From contig JBMCHT010000001.1 of assembly GCA_048617235.1 (NCBI GenBank), positions 1 through 52,042 on the forward strand: DNA of 52,042 nt, written 5' to 3'. The stretch is from Patescibacteria group bacterium (GTDB lineage Bacteria; Patescibacteriota; Minisyncoccia; Phycocordibacterales; XYD1-FULL-46-19). Numbering within the stretch: position 1 is the first letter of the stretch; every line of letters begins with the position of its first letter. Made by a program: the position numbers and the translations under genes. Under the pieces are notes generated by a model, which was not told the origin of the DNA, made no database searches, and saw only the letters and a list, made by a program, of their open reading frames with translations. Below are positions 19,561 through 28,528 of the stretch, one piece after another.

Positions 19561-20769
19561 ATGGAATTGATATCTCAATTACTGCCTGTTTTTATGTGGA
19601 GCTTTTTTTATGCTTTTCCGGTTTTTGCCGGGTTTATTTTATATTATTTATGGATTCGTTATATTCGTGGTGTTTATATTAAAGATGTGAAGTGGTCTTT
19701 ATTGGAAATTAGAATGCCCAAGGAAATTACCAAAACCCCTTTGGCTATGGAAGTGATCTTATCCGGGCTTCATAATACGGCCGATAATACTTTTATTAAG
19801 AGAATATTTGAAGGTTATGTCAGGCCTTGGTTTACTTTAGAGATAGTGGCCTCCGGTGGTCGAATTAAATTTTATATTAGGGTGATGGAAGAGCACCGTA
19901 ATTTGGCTGAATCTCTTATCTATTCTCAGTATCCCAGTGTTGAAATAAAAGAAGTAGAAGATTATGTTAATAATGTACCTTTTGGAGAGCCGGAAGCCGA
20001 ATGGGAAATGTTTGGGGTGGAATTTAAGTTAGAAAAAGAAGATGCTTATCCTATAAAAACTTATGTCGATTACGGAATGGACAAACATCAAGAAGAAGAA
20101 GAAAAGACCGATCCCATGACTGCCAATTTGGAATTTTTAGGTTCGGTATCATCTGAAGAACAAATCTGGATTCAAATTCCGGCTCGGGCGTCAATCAAGC
20201 GTTTTCAATCTAAAGATTCTTTTTTCAAAAAAGTGGACTGGAAAGAAGATGGTCAAAAATTGATAGAAAAATTAAGTAAACGGGATCAGGCTAAAGGAGG
20301 CGACCAGGCCAGTATTGCTTTATCTGCTTTTACTTTAACTCCGGGAGAAAGAAAAGTTTTAGAAGCGGTAGAGCGAAATGTTTCCAAATTGGGTTTTGAT
20401 TGCGGTTTGCGGGCTATTTACTTGGCTCCCAAAGGTGTTTTTAAGAAAACCAATATTGGTGGTTTAATTGCCACAGTTAAACAATATAATTCAGCGGATT
20501 TAAACGGTTTTAAACCGGATTTAACCACTAGTTTTAATTATCCTTGGCAAGATATTGGTGATAGGCGACTGGCTCGTCGCAAATGGCGGTTGTTTGATTC
20601 TTACAAGCGACGATCTTTTTTTTATCCCCCTTATGAAAAAAAACAGTTTGTTTTAAATACTGAAGAATTAGCCACCATTTTTCATTTACCCGGACAGGTG
20701 GCTTCTACTCCGGGTCTGGATAGAATAGAATCCAACAGAGCTGAACCGCCGGCTAATTTACCTTTATGA
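19561..20769 (+). CDS. Membrane-anchored hypothetical protein
   Basis: N-terminal TM; motifs W..LEI, QYP.VEI.EVEDY, YPIKTY, LNTEELATIFHLP and PPANLP, which I recall from a Parcubacteria family (not searched). Confidence 0.75.
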   Translation: MELISQLLPVFMWSFFYAFPVFAGFILYYLWIRYIRGVYIKDVKWSLLEIRMPKEITKTPLAMEVILSGLHNTADNTFIKRIFEGYVRPWFTLEIVASGGRIKFYIRVMEEHRNLAESLIYSQYPSVEIKEVEDYVNNVPFGEPEAEWEMFGVEFKLEKEDAYPIKTYVDYGMDKHQEEEEKTDPMTANLEFLGSVSSEEQIWIQIPARASIKRFQSKDSFFKKVDWKEDGQKLIEKLSKRDQAKGGDQASIALSAFTLTPGERKVLEAVERNVSKLGFDCGLRAIYLAPKGVFKKTNIGGLIATVKQYNSADLNGFKPDLTTSFNYPWQDIGDRRLARRKWRLFDSYKRRSFFYPPYEKKQFVLNTEELATIFHLPGQVASTPGLDRIESNRAEPPANLPL

Positions 20770-21764
20770 TATTAAATTATTTTAAAAATACTATATCCAG
20801 AATTACTGAGTATGTTAAAAAGCGACTACGGTCGGTGGTAACTACCGGTGTGACTATTGTTTTTTTAGTTTTAATAATTTCAATTGTAATCAGTAATCTT
20901 AGATATACTCCAGAGTTAAAAACCATAGAAATAGAACAAGGGGCGAGTGTTCAAGAAATTAGTCAGATATTAAAAGATGAAAATATTATAAAATCCGCTT
21001 CTTTTTTTAAATGGTATTGGCGAATTTTTCACCGATCAGATAATATAATAGCCGGTTGGTATAATTTGTCTGTAGGTACCGGTATTCGTCAAACCGCTTC
21101 TATGTTAGCTGAAGGTGATTTTGGTTTAGATCCGGTTCGTTTATTTATTCCGGAAGGTTTATCTATTAATCAAATTGCTAATATTGCCGAGGAAAAACTA
21201 GAATTTTTTGATCGAGAGGAATGGTTTAGTCTAACAGATGGTTTGGAAGGTTATTTGTTTCCGGATACTTATTTAGTTAGTCCTTATATTAAAGCCAAAG
21301 ACTTGGTTAAATTAATGCGGAATAATTTTAATGAACAAATTACTCCTTTGTTAGAAGAAATAGAAGAGTTTCCTTATAGCTTGCATCAGGTTCTAACTAT
21401 GGCTTCTTTATTAGAACTTGAAGCATTTAAATACGAAGATAGACAAAAAATAGCCGGTTTGTTGTGGAAACGCATAGAAAGCGATATGAAATTACAAGTC
21501 GATGCAGTTTTTCCTTATATAATCAATAAAAATACTTTTGAAGTGACTTTAGCCGATTTAAAATATGATTCTCCTTATAATACTTATCTTCATCCCGGTT
21601 TACCACCGACTCCAATTGCCAATCCCGGCTTAAATGCCATTAAAGCGACTATTCGGCCGATAGAAACTCCTTATTTGTTTTATTTATCAGATATGCAGGG
21701 AAATATACACTATACCGTTACTCACAGTGAGCATGTTGTTAACAAAAATAAATATTTACGTTAA
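20766..21764 (+). CDS. mltG: Endolytic transglycosylase MltG
   Basis: TM anchor, IPEG, LEGYLFPDTY, MAS..E.E, LQVDA and SPYNTY...GLPPTPIANPG. Confidence 0.94.
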   Translation: MILNYFKNTISRITEYVKKRLRSVVTTGVTIVFLVLIISIVISNLRYTPELKTIEIEQGASVQEISQILKDENIIKSASFFKWYWRIFHRSDNIIAGWYNLSVGTGIRQTASMLAEGDFGLDPVRLFIPEGLSINQIANIAEEKLEFFDREEWFSLTDGLEGYLFPDTYLVSPYIKAKDLVKLMRNNFNEQITPLLEEIEEFPYSLHQVLTMASLLELEAFKYEDRQKIAGLLWKRIESDMKLQVDAVFPYIINKNTFEVTLADLKYDSPYNTYLHPGLPPTPIANPGLNAIKATIRPIETPYLFYLSDMQGNIHYTVTHSEHVVNKNKYLR

Positions 21765-21836
21765 TAATTTTTGTTTAAGTTGTTTTTTTGTTAAGATAGG
21801 GTTTATCATTTATTAAAAATAAAATCTTATCTTATT

Positions 21837-22379
21837 ATGAAGAAATACAATTTAGCTTTTATTGATGTAGAAACTACCGGTTTTGATCCAAATAATCACG
21901 AAATTATAGAAATTGGCGGAGTTTTAACTAAACCTTTGAGTTTAGATGGAGGTTTGGAAACAATTACCGAATTTGAATATAAAATTAAACCGGAAAAGAT
22001 AGAGAAAGCCGAGCCTCAAGCTTTACGAGTTAATGGTTACAATGAAGCAGAATGGTTATTTGCACCTACTTTGGATCAAGTTATGCCGGAGGTGGCCGAG
22101 AAAACAGCTGGCGCTATTATGGTGGCTCATAATTTGGTTTTTGACTGGCGATTTTTGAATCAGGCTTTTATTAAAACCGGTATTGAAAATAAAATGCATT
22201 ATGCCAAATTGGATACCATTTCTGTTGCCTTTGCCAAATTATTTAAAGATCCGGTTATAGATAAATTTAATCTGGGTTCTTTAAATGATTATTTTGGAAT
22301 TAAAAATGAAAAAGCTCATACTGCCTTGGCAGATGCTAAGGCTACTTTAGAATTGTATCAAAAATTAATGGCTCTATAA
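21837..22379 (+). CDS. DEDDh 3'-5' exonuclease (DnaQ-like)
   Basis: DVETTG, AHN..FD and HTALADA. Confidence 0.92.
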   Translation: MKKYNLAFIDVETTGFDPNNHEIIEIGGVLTKPLSLDGGLETITEFEYKIKPEKIEKAEPQALRVNGYNEAEWLFAPTLDQVMPEVAEKTAGAIMVAHNLVFDWRFLNQAFIKTGIENKMHYAKLDTISVAFAKLFKDPVIDKFNLGSLNDYFGIKNEKAHTALADAKATLELYQKLMAL

Positions 22380-22387
22380 TTTAAACC

Positions 22388-23536
22388 ATGAATGATTGGT
22401 TAGAAGATATTCATCCACCTCCGGTTCTAGCGGCAGATATAACAACAGACGCTACGGTTGAAATTAAAAAAAAGACAGTGGTTGTTGGTATGTCCGGAGG
22501 AGTAGATTCCAGTGTAACAGCCGGTTTATTACAAGAAGCCGGTTACCGAGTTATAGGAGTTTTTATTAAAGCTTGGGAGATACCTAACAGTCATTGTCTA
22601 TGGCCGGCTGAAAGACAATCAGCTCAAAGAGCGGCAGCGGTTTTGGAAATACCTTTGGCCACTATTGATTTGGCTGAAATTTATAAACAAGAAGTGGTAA
22701 ATTATATGTTGGCTGAATATCAAAAAGGGCGCACGCCTAATCCGGATATTTTATGTAATCAGACAGTTAAATTTGGAGCTTTTTTAAGGGCGGTTCAAGC
22801 CAAGGGCATTAAACAAGTAGCTACTGGTCATTATGCCGGTCGACAGTTAGGCAATGATGGTTATTGGCGTTTATTATCCGGTGCTGATACAAACAAAGAT
22901 CAAAGTTATTTTTTATGGACTTTAAAACAAAAACAGTTGGAAAATATTTTATGGCCTTTGGCAGATATGACCAAAGAAAAAGTCAGACAAGAAGCCGAGC
23001 GTTTGGGATTACCTAATTCTCAAAAAAAAGACAGTCAAGGGATTTGTTTTTTAGGTCAAGTAGATGTGCCGGAATTTTTAAAAAAGTTTATAAAAACAGA
23101 ACCGGGTTTGATTGTAGATACCACCGGTAAAACGATAGGTCGACATCAAGGAGTACAATTATACACTATCGGTCAGCGTCACGGTTTTAGTTTAAAAGTT
23201 TATGATCGACAGACTCCGGCTCATTATGTGGTGGCTAAAGATGTTAAAACAAATACTTTAACGGTAGCTCCTTTGGTCGAAGCTGAAAAACTAACTCAAA
23301 GAGATTCGGTTTTAATTAGTGATGTTAATTGGATAGCGGAAAAACCGCTTCCGGATAAAGTGTATACTTGTCGTTTCCGTCATTTAGGAAAATTGCAAAA
23401 TTGTTTAGTGGAAATTAAGGCTGATAAATATTATTTGGTTAAATTTGAAAAACCACAATCTTTTTTGTCTGCCGGACAATCTTTAGTTATTTACGATAAT
23501 CGAGTATGTTTGGGTGGGGGAATAATTGAAGTATAA
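22388..23536 (+). CDS. mnmA: tRNA-specific 2-thiouridylase
   Basis: MSGGVDSS, TPNPDILCN, ATGHYA, KDQSYFL and DSQGICF. Confidence 0.96.
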   Translation: MNDWLEDIHPPPVLAADITTDATVEIKKKTVVVGMSGGVDSSVTAGLLQEAGYRVIGVFIKAWEIPNSHCLWPAERQSAQRAAAVLEIPLATIDLAEIYKQEVVNYMLAEYQKGRTPNPDILCNQTVKFGAFLRAVQAKGIKQVATGHYAGRQLGNDGYWRLLSGADTNKDQSYFLWTLKQKQLENILWPLADMTKEKVRQEAERLGLPNSQKKDSQGICFLGQVDVPEFLKKFIKTEPGLIVDTTGKTIGRHQGVQLYTIGQRHGFSLKVYDRQTPAHYVVAKDVKTNTLTVAPLVEAEKLTQRDSVLISDVNWIAEKPLPDKVYTCRFRHLGKLQNCLVEIKADKYYLVKFEKPQSFLSAGQSLVIYDNRVCLGGGIIEV

Positions 23537-23543
23537 TTAGCTT

Positions 23544-24161
23544 ATGCAAAAAACAGGTTATCAATTAAAATATTTATTAGTTATTCTTTTACCTTTGTTA
23601 ATTGTTTTAGGCTGGTATGGTTGGCTTAATTTTAATCAAAAAAAATATTTATCCATTAATCCTCCTTTAGGGTTGAAGTTTTCTTCTTCAATAAAGGAAT
23701 TAATATCAACTGAAATGGATTTTTTGACTATTGATAATCAAGAAGAGGATATTACCGTAACCACCAATCCATCAACTGAAATAAATAACTGGTCCGGAGA
23801 TTTACTAGCCGGTAATAATAACAGCCCTTTATTGCTATGGTCGGAAGCTGATTATGATAAAATTCAAGAAACAGATAACATCTTTTTGGTATTTATGGCG
23901 GAGTGGGATTTATTGAGTCAAAAAGAATTAGAGACAGAATTGATTCCGGCTTGGGATGAAAAAAGACCAAAAGAGTTGGTGGGAATAGTGGTACCTTGGG
24001 GTCAAAAAACAACAACAGTTAAAAAAATATCTGATTATTACGAAGTCGGATTTCAATTGACTAAAGTTTTAAAATTAAATGATCAAGTGAAAATGAGAGA
24101 CACCAATCCTTGGCAACGAGAGGATTATTTTAAATTATGGGAGGAATATTTAGGAGATTAA
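23544..24161 (+). CDS. Membrane-anchored hypothetical protein, possibly a degenerate thioredoxin-like C-terminal fold
   Basis: N-terminal TM; LVFMAEW resembles the thioredoxin 'F.A.W' but there is no CxxC. Confidence 0.6.
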   Translation: MQKTGYQLKYLLVILLPLLIVLGWYGWLNFNQKKYLSINPPLGLKFSSSIKELISTEMDFLTIDNQEEDITVTTNPSTEINNWSGDLLAGNNNSPLLLWSEADYDKIQETDNIFLVFMAEWDLLSQKELETELIPAWDEKRPKELVGIVVPWGQKTTTVKKISDYYEVGFQLTKVLKLNDQVKMRDTNPWQREDYFKLWEEYLGD

Positions 24162-24719
24162 TTGCTCTATATTTCCTTCTAAACCGGTAGCTTCTCCTTC
24201 TATTCCGGTGGCATTACCGGCTAAGCCCGTAACATCGCCTACTAAACCGGAAACATCACCAGTTAATTTAGAAACATTACCGGAGATATTACCAACTAAG
24301 CCGGAAATATTGGTAACTTCTCCTTTTAGTTGAGAGACATTGCCTCCCAAATCCGAAACATCACCGTTAATATTATCCACTTGACCGTGAATACGAGTAA
24401 CATCACCTTTGAGTTTGGTGGTGTTACCGACAATACCGGAAACATCACCGGAAATATTGGAGATATTGCCGTTTATTTTGGAAACATCACCGATAATATT
24501 GGAAACATCACCGATAATATTGGAAACATCACCGTAAACACCTGCTAAATTGCCACTAATCCTGGAAGCCTCTCCGGTAATTTTAGATTGATCAATATCT
24601 CCGTTTATTTTGGAAACATCACCGGTTAAATTTTTAAAATCTCCCCAAATATTGGGGTGAAGGCCGGTAATTTTATCCGTATTTATTTGTTGATGCCCCG
24701 GTATTCTTTGTAAAGACAT
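24150..24719 (-). CDS. 7-residue repeat protein (GDVSxIx)n
   Basis: About 20 tandem heptads, e.g. GDVSNII GDVSNII GDVSKIN GNISNIS; the 21-bp DNA repeats are visible on the + strand as GGAAACATCACCG. Confidence 0.8.
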   Translation of the reverse strand: MSLQRIPGHQQINTDKITGLHPNIWGDFKNLTGDVSKINGDIDQSKITGEASRISGNLAGVYGDVSNIIGDVSNIIGDVSKINGNISNISGDVSGIVGNTTKLKGDVTRIHGQVDNINGDVSDLGGNVSQLKGEVTNISGLVGNISGNVSKLTGDVSGLVGDVTGLAGNATGIEGEATGLEGNIEQLIS

Positions 24720-24768
24720 AGGATTATTATATCAAAGAATAAAAATTTTTGCTATAATATTTTAATCT

Positions 24769-25971
24769 ATGACCCAATTATTACCATTTTTTATTATCTT
24801 GCTGACAGGATTATTTTTCTCGGAGATATTTAAAAGATTACATTTACCTTTAGTGGCTGCTTTAATAATAGCCGGTTTAACTATCGGTCCTTCCGGTTTG
24901 GATTGGATAAAACCAAACGATGCCTTAGAATTAATTGGTAATATCGGTTTAATTTTCTTAATGTTTATGGCCGGTTTGGAAATAAAATTATCCGGTTTAG
25001 GTAAATTAAAATCTAAAATAGCAAAGTTGTCTTTGATTAACAGTTTAATTCCTTTTTTGGTTGGTTCGGGAATTGGGTTGGTTTTTGGTTATGGTCTATT
25101 GGAAGCCGTTTTAATCGGAATAATTTTTATGTCTTCTTCGGTAGCGGTTATTGTACCGGTCTTGGAATCTACCGGTTTAATGACTTCTAAAATTGGTCAA
25201 TCCATAGTAGGTTCGGCTATAATCCAAGACATAGTTAGTTTACTGTTCTTTTCTTTAATTTTACAATTAATTAGACCGGAAACCGGTATTCCTTTACCTT
25301 TATTTTATTTAATAATTTTAAGCGGTTTAATTATTACTCGACAATCAATTCCTTATTTGAGAAAATTTTTAGCTTCTATTAGATCAGCGGTGCGTTCAGA
25401 TAAAAATTTGTTTCAAGAGGAATTAAGATTAATTTTTACAATTTTAATTGGGGTGGTAGTTTTGTTTGAATTAATTGGCTTACACGATATTATTGCCGGT
25501 TTTTTTACCGGTTTAATTTTAGCAGATTCAATTACCAGTGATATATTAAAAGAAAAAATAAAATCAGTTGGCTATAGTTTTTTTATTCCGGTTTTCTTAG
25601 TGATGGTGGGAATTAAAACAGATCTTAGTATTTTAACAACGGCTAAAGGGGCTTGGTTATTGATTTTGGTGATCATCATTGGATCCATCGGTTCTAAATT
25701 TATTAGTGGTTACTTGGCTGGCTCTTTGGTTGGATTTAATAAAAAAGAAAATTTATTAATTGGTACTTCCACTATTGTGCAATTATTTACTACTCTGGCT
25801 GTAATCTTTGCCGGCCGCGAATTGGGAATGATAGATGAAATTTTAACAGCTGCTTTGGTTTTATTAAGTACGGTTACTACTTTAGTTGGTCCGATTATTG
25901 TCTTTTATTTAGCTCAGAGAGTTAATTTAACACAGTCTGATCCCCATTTTAAACCTGTGGATAAAATCTGA
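24769..25971 (+). CDS. Cation:proton antiporter (CPA2 / Kef-type membrane domain)
   Basis: About 12 TM segments; GLIFLMFMAGLE, SSSVAV, IIQD and FFIPVF. Confidence 0.88.
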   Translation: MTQLLPFFIILLTGLFFSEIFKRLHLPLVAALIIAGLTIGPSGLDWIKPNDALELIGNIGLIFLMFMAGLEIKLSGLGKLKSKIAKLSLINSLIPFLVGSGIGLVFGYGLLEAVLIGIIFMSSSVAVIVPVLESTGLMTSKIGQSIVGSAIIQDIVSLLFFSLILQLIRPETGIPLPLFYLIILSGLIITRQSIPYLRKFLASIRSAVRSDKNLFQEELRLIFTILIGVVVLFELIGLHDIIAGFFTGLILADSITSDILKEKIKSVGYSFFIPVFLVMVGIKTDLSILTTAKGAWLLILVIIIGSIGSKFISGYLAGSLVGFNKKENLLIGTSTIVQLFTTLAVIFAGRELGMIDEILTAALVLLSTVTTLVGPIIVFYLAQRVNLTQSDPHFKPVDKI

Positions 25972-26062
25972 GTAATTAGAATCTTTTCCTTGATGAATTG
26001 TATTTTTTTTGCTAGTATTTAAAACAAAGGTCGTCATTATAAACATTAGTTTTCGTATATTT

Positions 26063-26194
26063 ATGGACGATTTGAATACGACTAATGGCGGCGATCAGCA
26101 GCCAGTAGAAGGTACTGAAGAAGAAGAAACCACTGCTCCGGAAGGAGAAGGAGTTTCTGAACCTGGATTAGGTGCCGACCAACCTGCTGAGTAA
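26063..26194 (+). CDS. 43-aa acidic low-complexity small protein
   Basis: MDDLNTTNGGDQQPVEGTEEEETTAPEGEGVSEPGLGADQPAE; ATG 26063 preferred to the track's TTG 26009; followed by a terminator. Confidence 0.6.
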   Translation: MDDLNTTNGGDQQPVEGTEEEETTAPEGEGVSEPGLGADQPAE

Positions 26195-26211
26195 GCCGTT
26201 TGGTATTTAAG

Positions 26212-26246
26212 ATAAAACCCGCCACTTTCGAGTTGGTGGGTTTTAT
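26212..26246. terminator. Bidirectional intrinsic terminator
   Basis: ATAAAACCCGCCA...TGGTGGGTTTTAT stem between convergent genes. Confidence 0.75.
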
Positions 26247-26257
26247 TTTTTCAGAAT

Positions 26258-26809
26258 TTAATAAGCAGGAGAATGATTTAAATTTGAGGTTTTTTCTCCA
26301 AACCGACCGATAGCTCGATCGTGCACTCTGAGTATAATTTTTTTAATTTTATCCGGATCGGTGGCGTAATTGAGTATAAAGTCTTTACCTTGACCGGCTG
26401 TTTGAACATGTATATGGCCAAAACGTAACATGGTGGCAAAAAAGCCCGGAATTTCCACGGTTACATCTTGAATTCTTTCCAGTCGAAAATTAGAAATTTC
26501 TCGATTAAAAAAAGATATTTGATCTGTGTGAATAATTCTTCTGTTGGTAATAATCCAGACATCCAAATAGTAAGAAGTCCAGCCCCAAAAGAATATTATC
26601 CAAAGCAATAGAATAAAGAATAAATAAATAATTGAGAAAAGATAAAAAGTTTTAGCATCTATAGAAATCGGAGTTAAAAGAACCACTAAAACCAAACCTA
26701 AAAAGGGGATTAAGGCAACAAAACTTAAAGTGATACCTTCTAATAAAATAATAAACCAATGTTTGCGAACTTCAGCTTCTATTTTTTCTCCTGGTTCAAA
26801 TTTAATCAT
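26258..26809 (-). CDS. Bacterial PH-domain (bPH_2) membrane protein
   Basis: GEKI...VRKHW, two TMs, WIITNRRII and IQDVTVE..G. Start reassigned to MIKFEP at 26809 because the longer track ORF overlaps the upstream gene. Confidence 0.8.
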   Translation of the reverse strand: MIKFEPGEKIEAEVRKHWFIILLEGITLSFVALIPFLGLVLVVLLTPISIDAKTFYLFSIIYLFFILLLWIIFFWGWTSYYLDVWIITNRRIIHTDQISFFNREISNFRLERIQDVTVEIPGFFATMLRFGHIHVQTAGQGKDFILNYATDPDKIKKIILRVHDRAIGRFGEKTSNLNHSPAY

Positions 26810-26811
26810 AA

Positions 26812-27054
26812 TTAAAATAATGAAAAGACTAAAATCATAATGGCGGACAAAATAAGTAATAAACCGGTTACTATTAAATAAATTAATTCCGCTAAACGAA
26901 CAATATTGTTTTTCATTCCAAATTGTCGCCAGTGGTAAACAAATATGACACTTATTATTAAAGTGAAAATGAAAATTCCCAACCAAGCCAACCATAAATA
27001 AGAAGCCGGTACTAAATTAGATAGTTGGGTCAATAAATCGTAGTCATAATTCAT
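26812..27054 (-). CDS. Small two-TM membrane protein
   Basis: Two hydrophobic helices around YHWRQFG; start uncertain (27054 or 27072). Confidence 0.65.
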   Translation of the reverse strand: MNYDYDLLTQLSNLVPASYLWLAWLGIFIFTLIISVIFVYHWRQFGMKNNIVRLAELIYLIVTGLLLILSAIMILVFSLF

Positions 27055-27108
27055 AATACTGTAATAATACAACAGTTAGTGTTAAAATAAAAGTCTAATT
27101 TTGTATAT

Positions 27109-27516
27109 ATGTTTAGTAAAGAAAACAACAGTTACAAAGAACCGGTTAAAGTTAAAATAATAGAGGATAAACCTGATAATTTAAAAGCCTTAATCAAAAT
27201 GGTGGAAATATTAGGTTTAAAAGCCGATCCGGTTTTAGTTACCAATAAAACTTTATTGACTGAGGTTCCACCTCCAAAGAGTGGTTTGGTTCTTTTAGAT
27301 CAAAATTTACCCGGTCACTGGCAGGGTGATGATTGGTTAGAATATTATAAAAACCACTTAAATAAAGTAGCTGTTGGTTCAATCAGTAATGCCACTCCAC
27401 CTGTATCTTTAAGACATTTTCCGGACAAACACGGTTTGATTTTAGGAAAAACCAAAGCTCAGACGGATTTTAAACAATTTTTGCAAGAGCTATTGGTTGA
27501 TTGGAGAAAAAAGTAA
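27109..27516 (+). CDS. Receiver-domain-like protein (divergent)
   Basis: KIIEDK and LVLLDQNLPG..GDD resemble the REC acidic pocket and phospho-Asp motif. Confidence 0.55.
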   Translation: MFSKENNSYKEPVKVKIIEDKPDNLKALIKMVEILGLKADPVLVTNKTLLTEVPPPKSGLVLLDQNLPGHWQGDDWLEYYKNHLNKVAVGSISNATPPVSLRHFPDKHGLILGKTKAQTDFKQFLQELLVDWRKK

Positions 27517-27582
27517 AAATTGTTTTTTAGTTTAAAAATGTTATAATCGTAACTATTAAAAATTAACTGCTTTAATAAAAAT

Positions 27583-28518
27583 ATGATGGAATATTTAAAA
27601 GAACAAAAAGTAAATATTTTGATAATAGTTGGTTTGTTGTTAATTATCGGTTTTGTTTTATGGCCTCTTTTTTCTGACACTCCGGAAGAAGTAGAAATGG
27701 CCGAAGCGGAAAATGTAGCTTTATCTTGGCTGGAAACAGAAGCCCCTACTTATGTTTTTGATGGTTTTGAGCCTGAAATAACATCAACCACTCAGGCTGA
27801 TTGTCCGAATTGTTATTTGGTAGAGATTGTTTTTAAAACTCAAGCTGCCGGTTTTGGAGATAGAACAGAAGAAATGGCCGCTCAAGTTATAACTGAAAGA
27901 GAAATTAAGATATTGGTGGAAGATAATCAAGTAACCGAAGCTATAACAGATGGGCTTTATTCTGAAGTCAAAGACCAAATGTTAACAACCGAAGAATATG
28001 ATCAGTGGTTGGAAGAAGTTACACCAACAGAGACGGTTACAGAAGATGAAGATGAAATAATTGATGAATCGGAAACCGAAGTAATTGACACCTCTGATCC
28101 GGTTATTCCGGAAGGAGAAAACGGTACTGTTAGTTTACAAGTATTTTTTAGTAATTTAGCGGAAGATCCGGAGATGACAGAATGTGATCGAGTTTGGCCG
28201 ACAACCAGAGAAATATCGGCTACATCGGCTATAGCCGGAGCCGCTTTGGATCAATTATTACAAGGTCCGACAACAGCGGAAAAAGAAGCCGGTTTAACGA
28301 CGAGTATAAATCCGGAAACGACCGTTAATAATCTACAAATAACAGAAGGAGTAGCTCGGGTAGATTTTGATCAAAATCTGATTGAAGATGTCGGTGGCAG
28401 TTGTCGGGTTTTAGCTATAGTTAGCCAAATAAAAGAAACTTTGAAGCAATTTTCAACTATAACCGAAGTAGAAATAACTGTGGATGGACAATCGGCTGAG
28501 GAAGTATTGCAACCCTAA
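27583..28518 (+). CDS. Membrane-anchored GerMN-domain protein
   Basis: N-terminal TM, acidic linker, AALDQLLQGPT..E and GGSCRV..I..QI..TL.QF.TI..V. Confidence 0.82.
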   Translation: MMEYLKEQKVNILIIVGLLLIIGFVLWPLFSDTPEEVEMAEAENVALSWLETEAPTYVFDGFEPEITSTTQADCPNCYLVEIVFKTQAAGFGDRTEEMAAQVITEREIKILVEDNQVTEAITDGLYSEVKDQMLTTEEYDQWLEEVTPTETVTEDEDEIIDESETEVIDTSDPVIPEGENGTVSLQVFFSNLAEDPEMTECDRVWPTTREISATSAIAGAALDQLLQGPTTAEKEAGLTTSINPETTVNNLQITEGVARVDFDQNLIEDVGGSCRVLAIVSQIKETLKQFSTITEVEITVDGQSAEEVLQP

Positions 28519-28528
28519 ATAATTTTTT

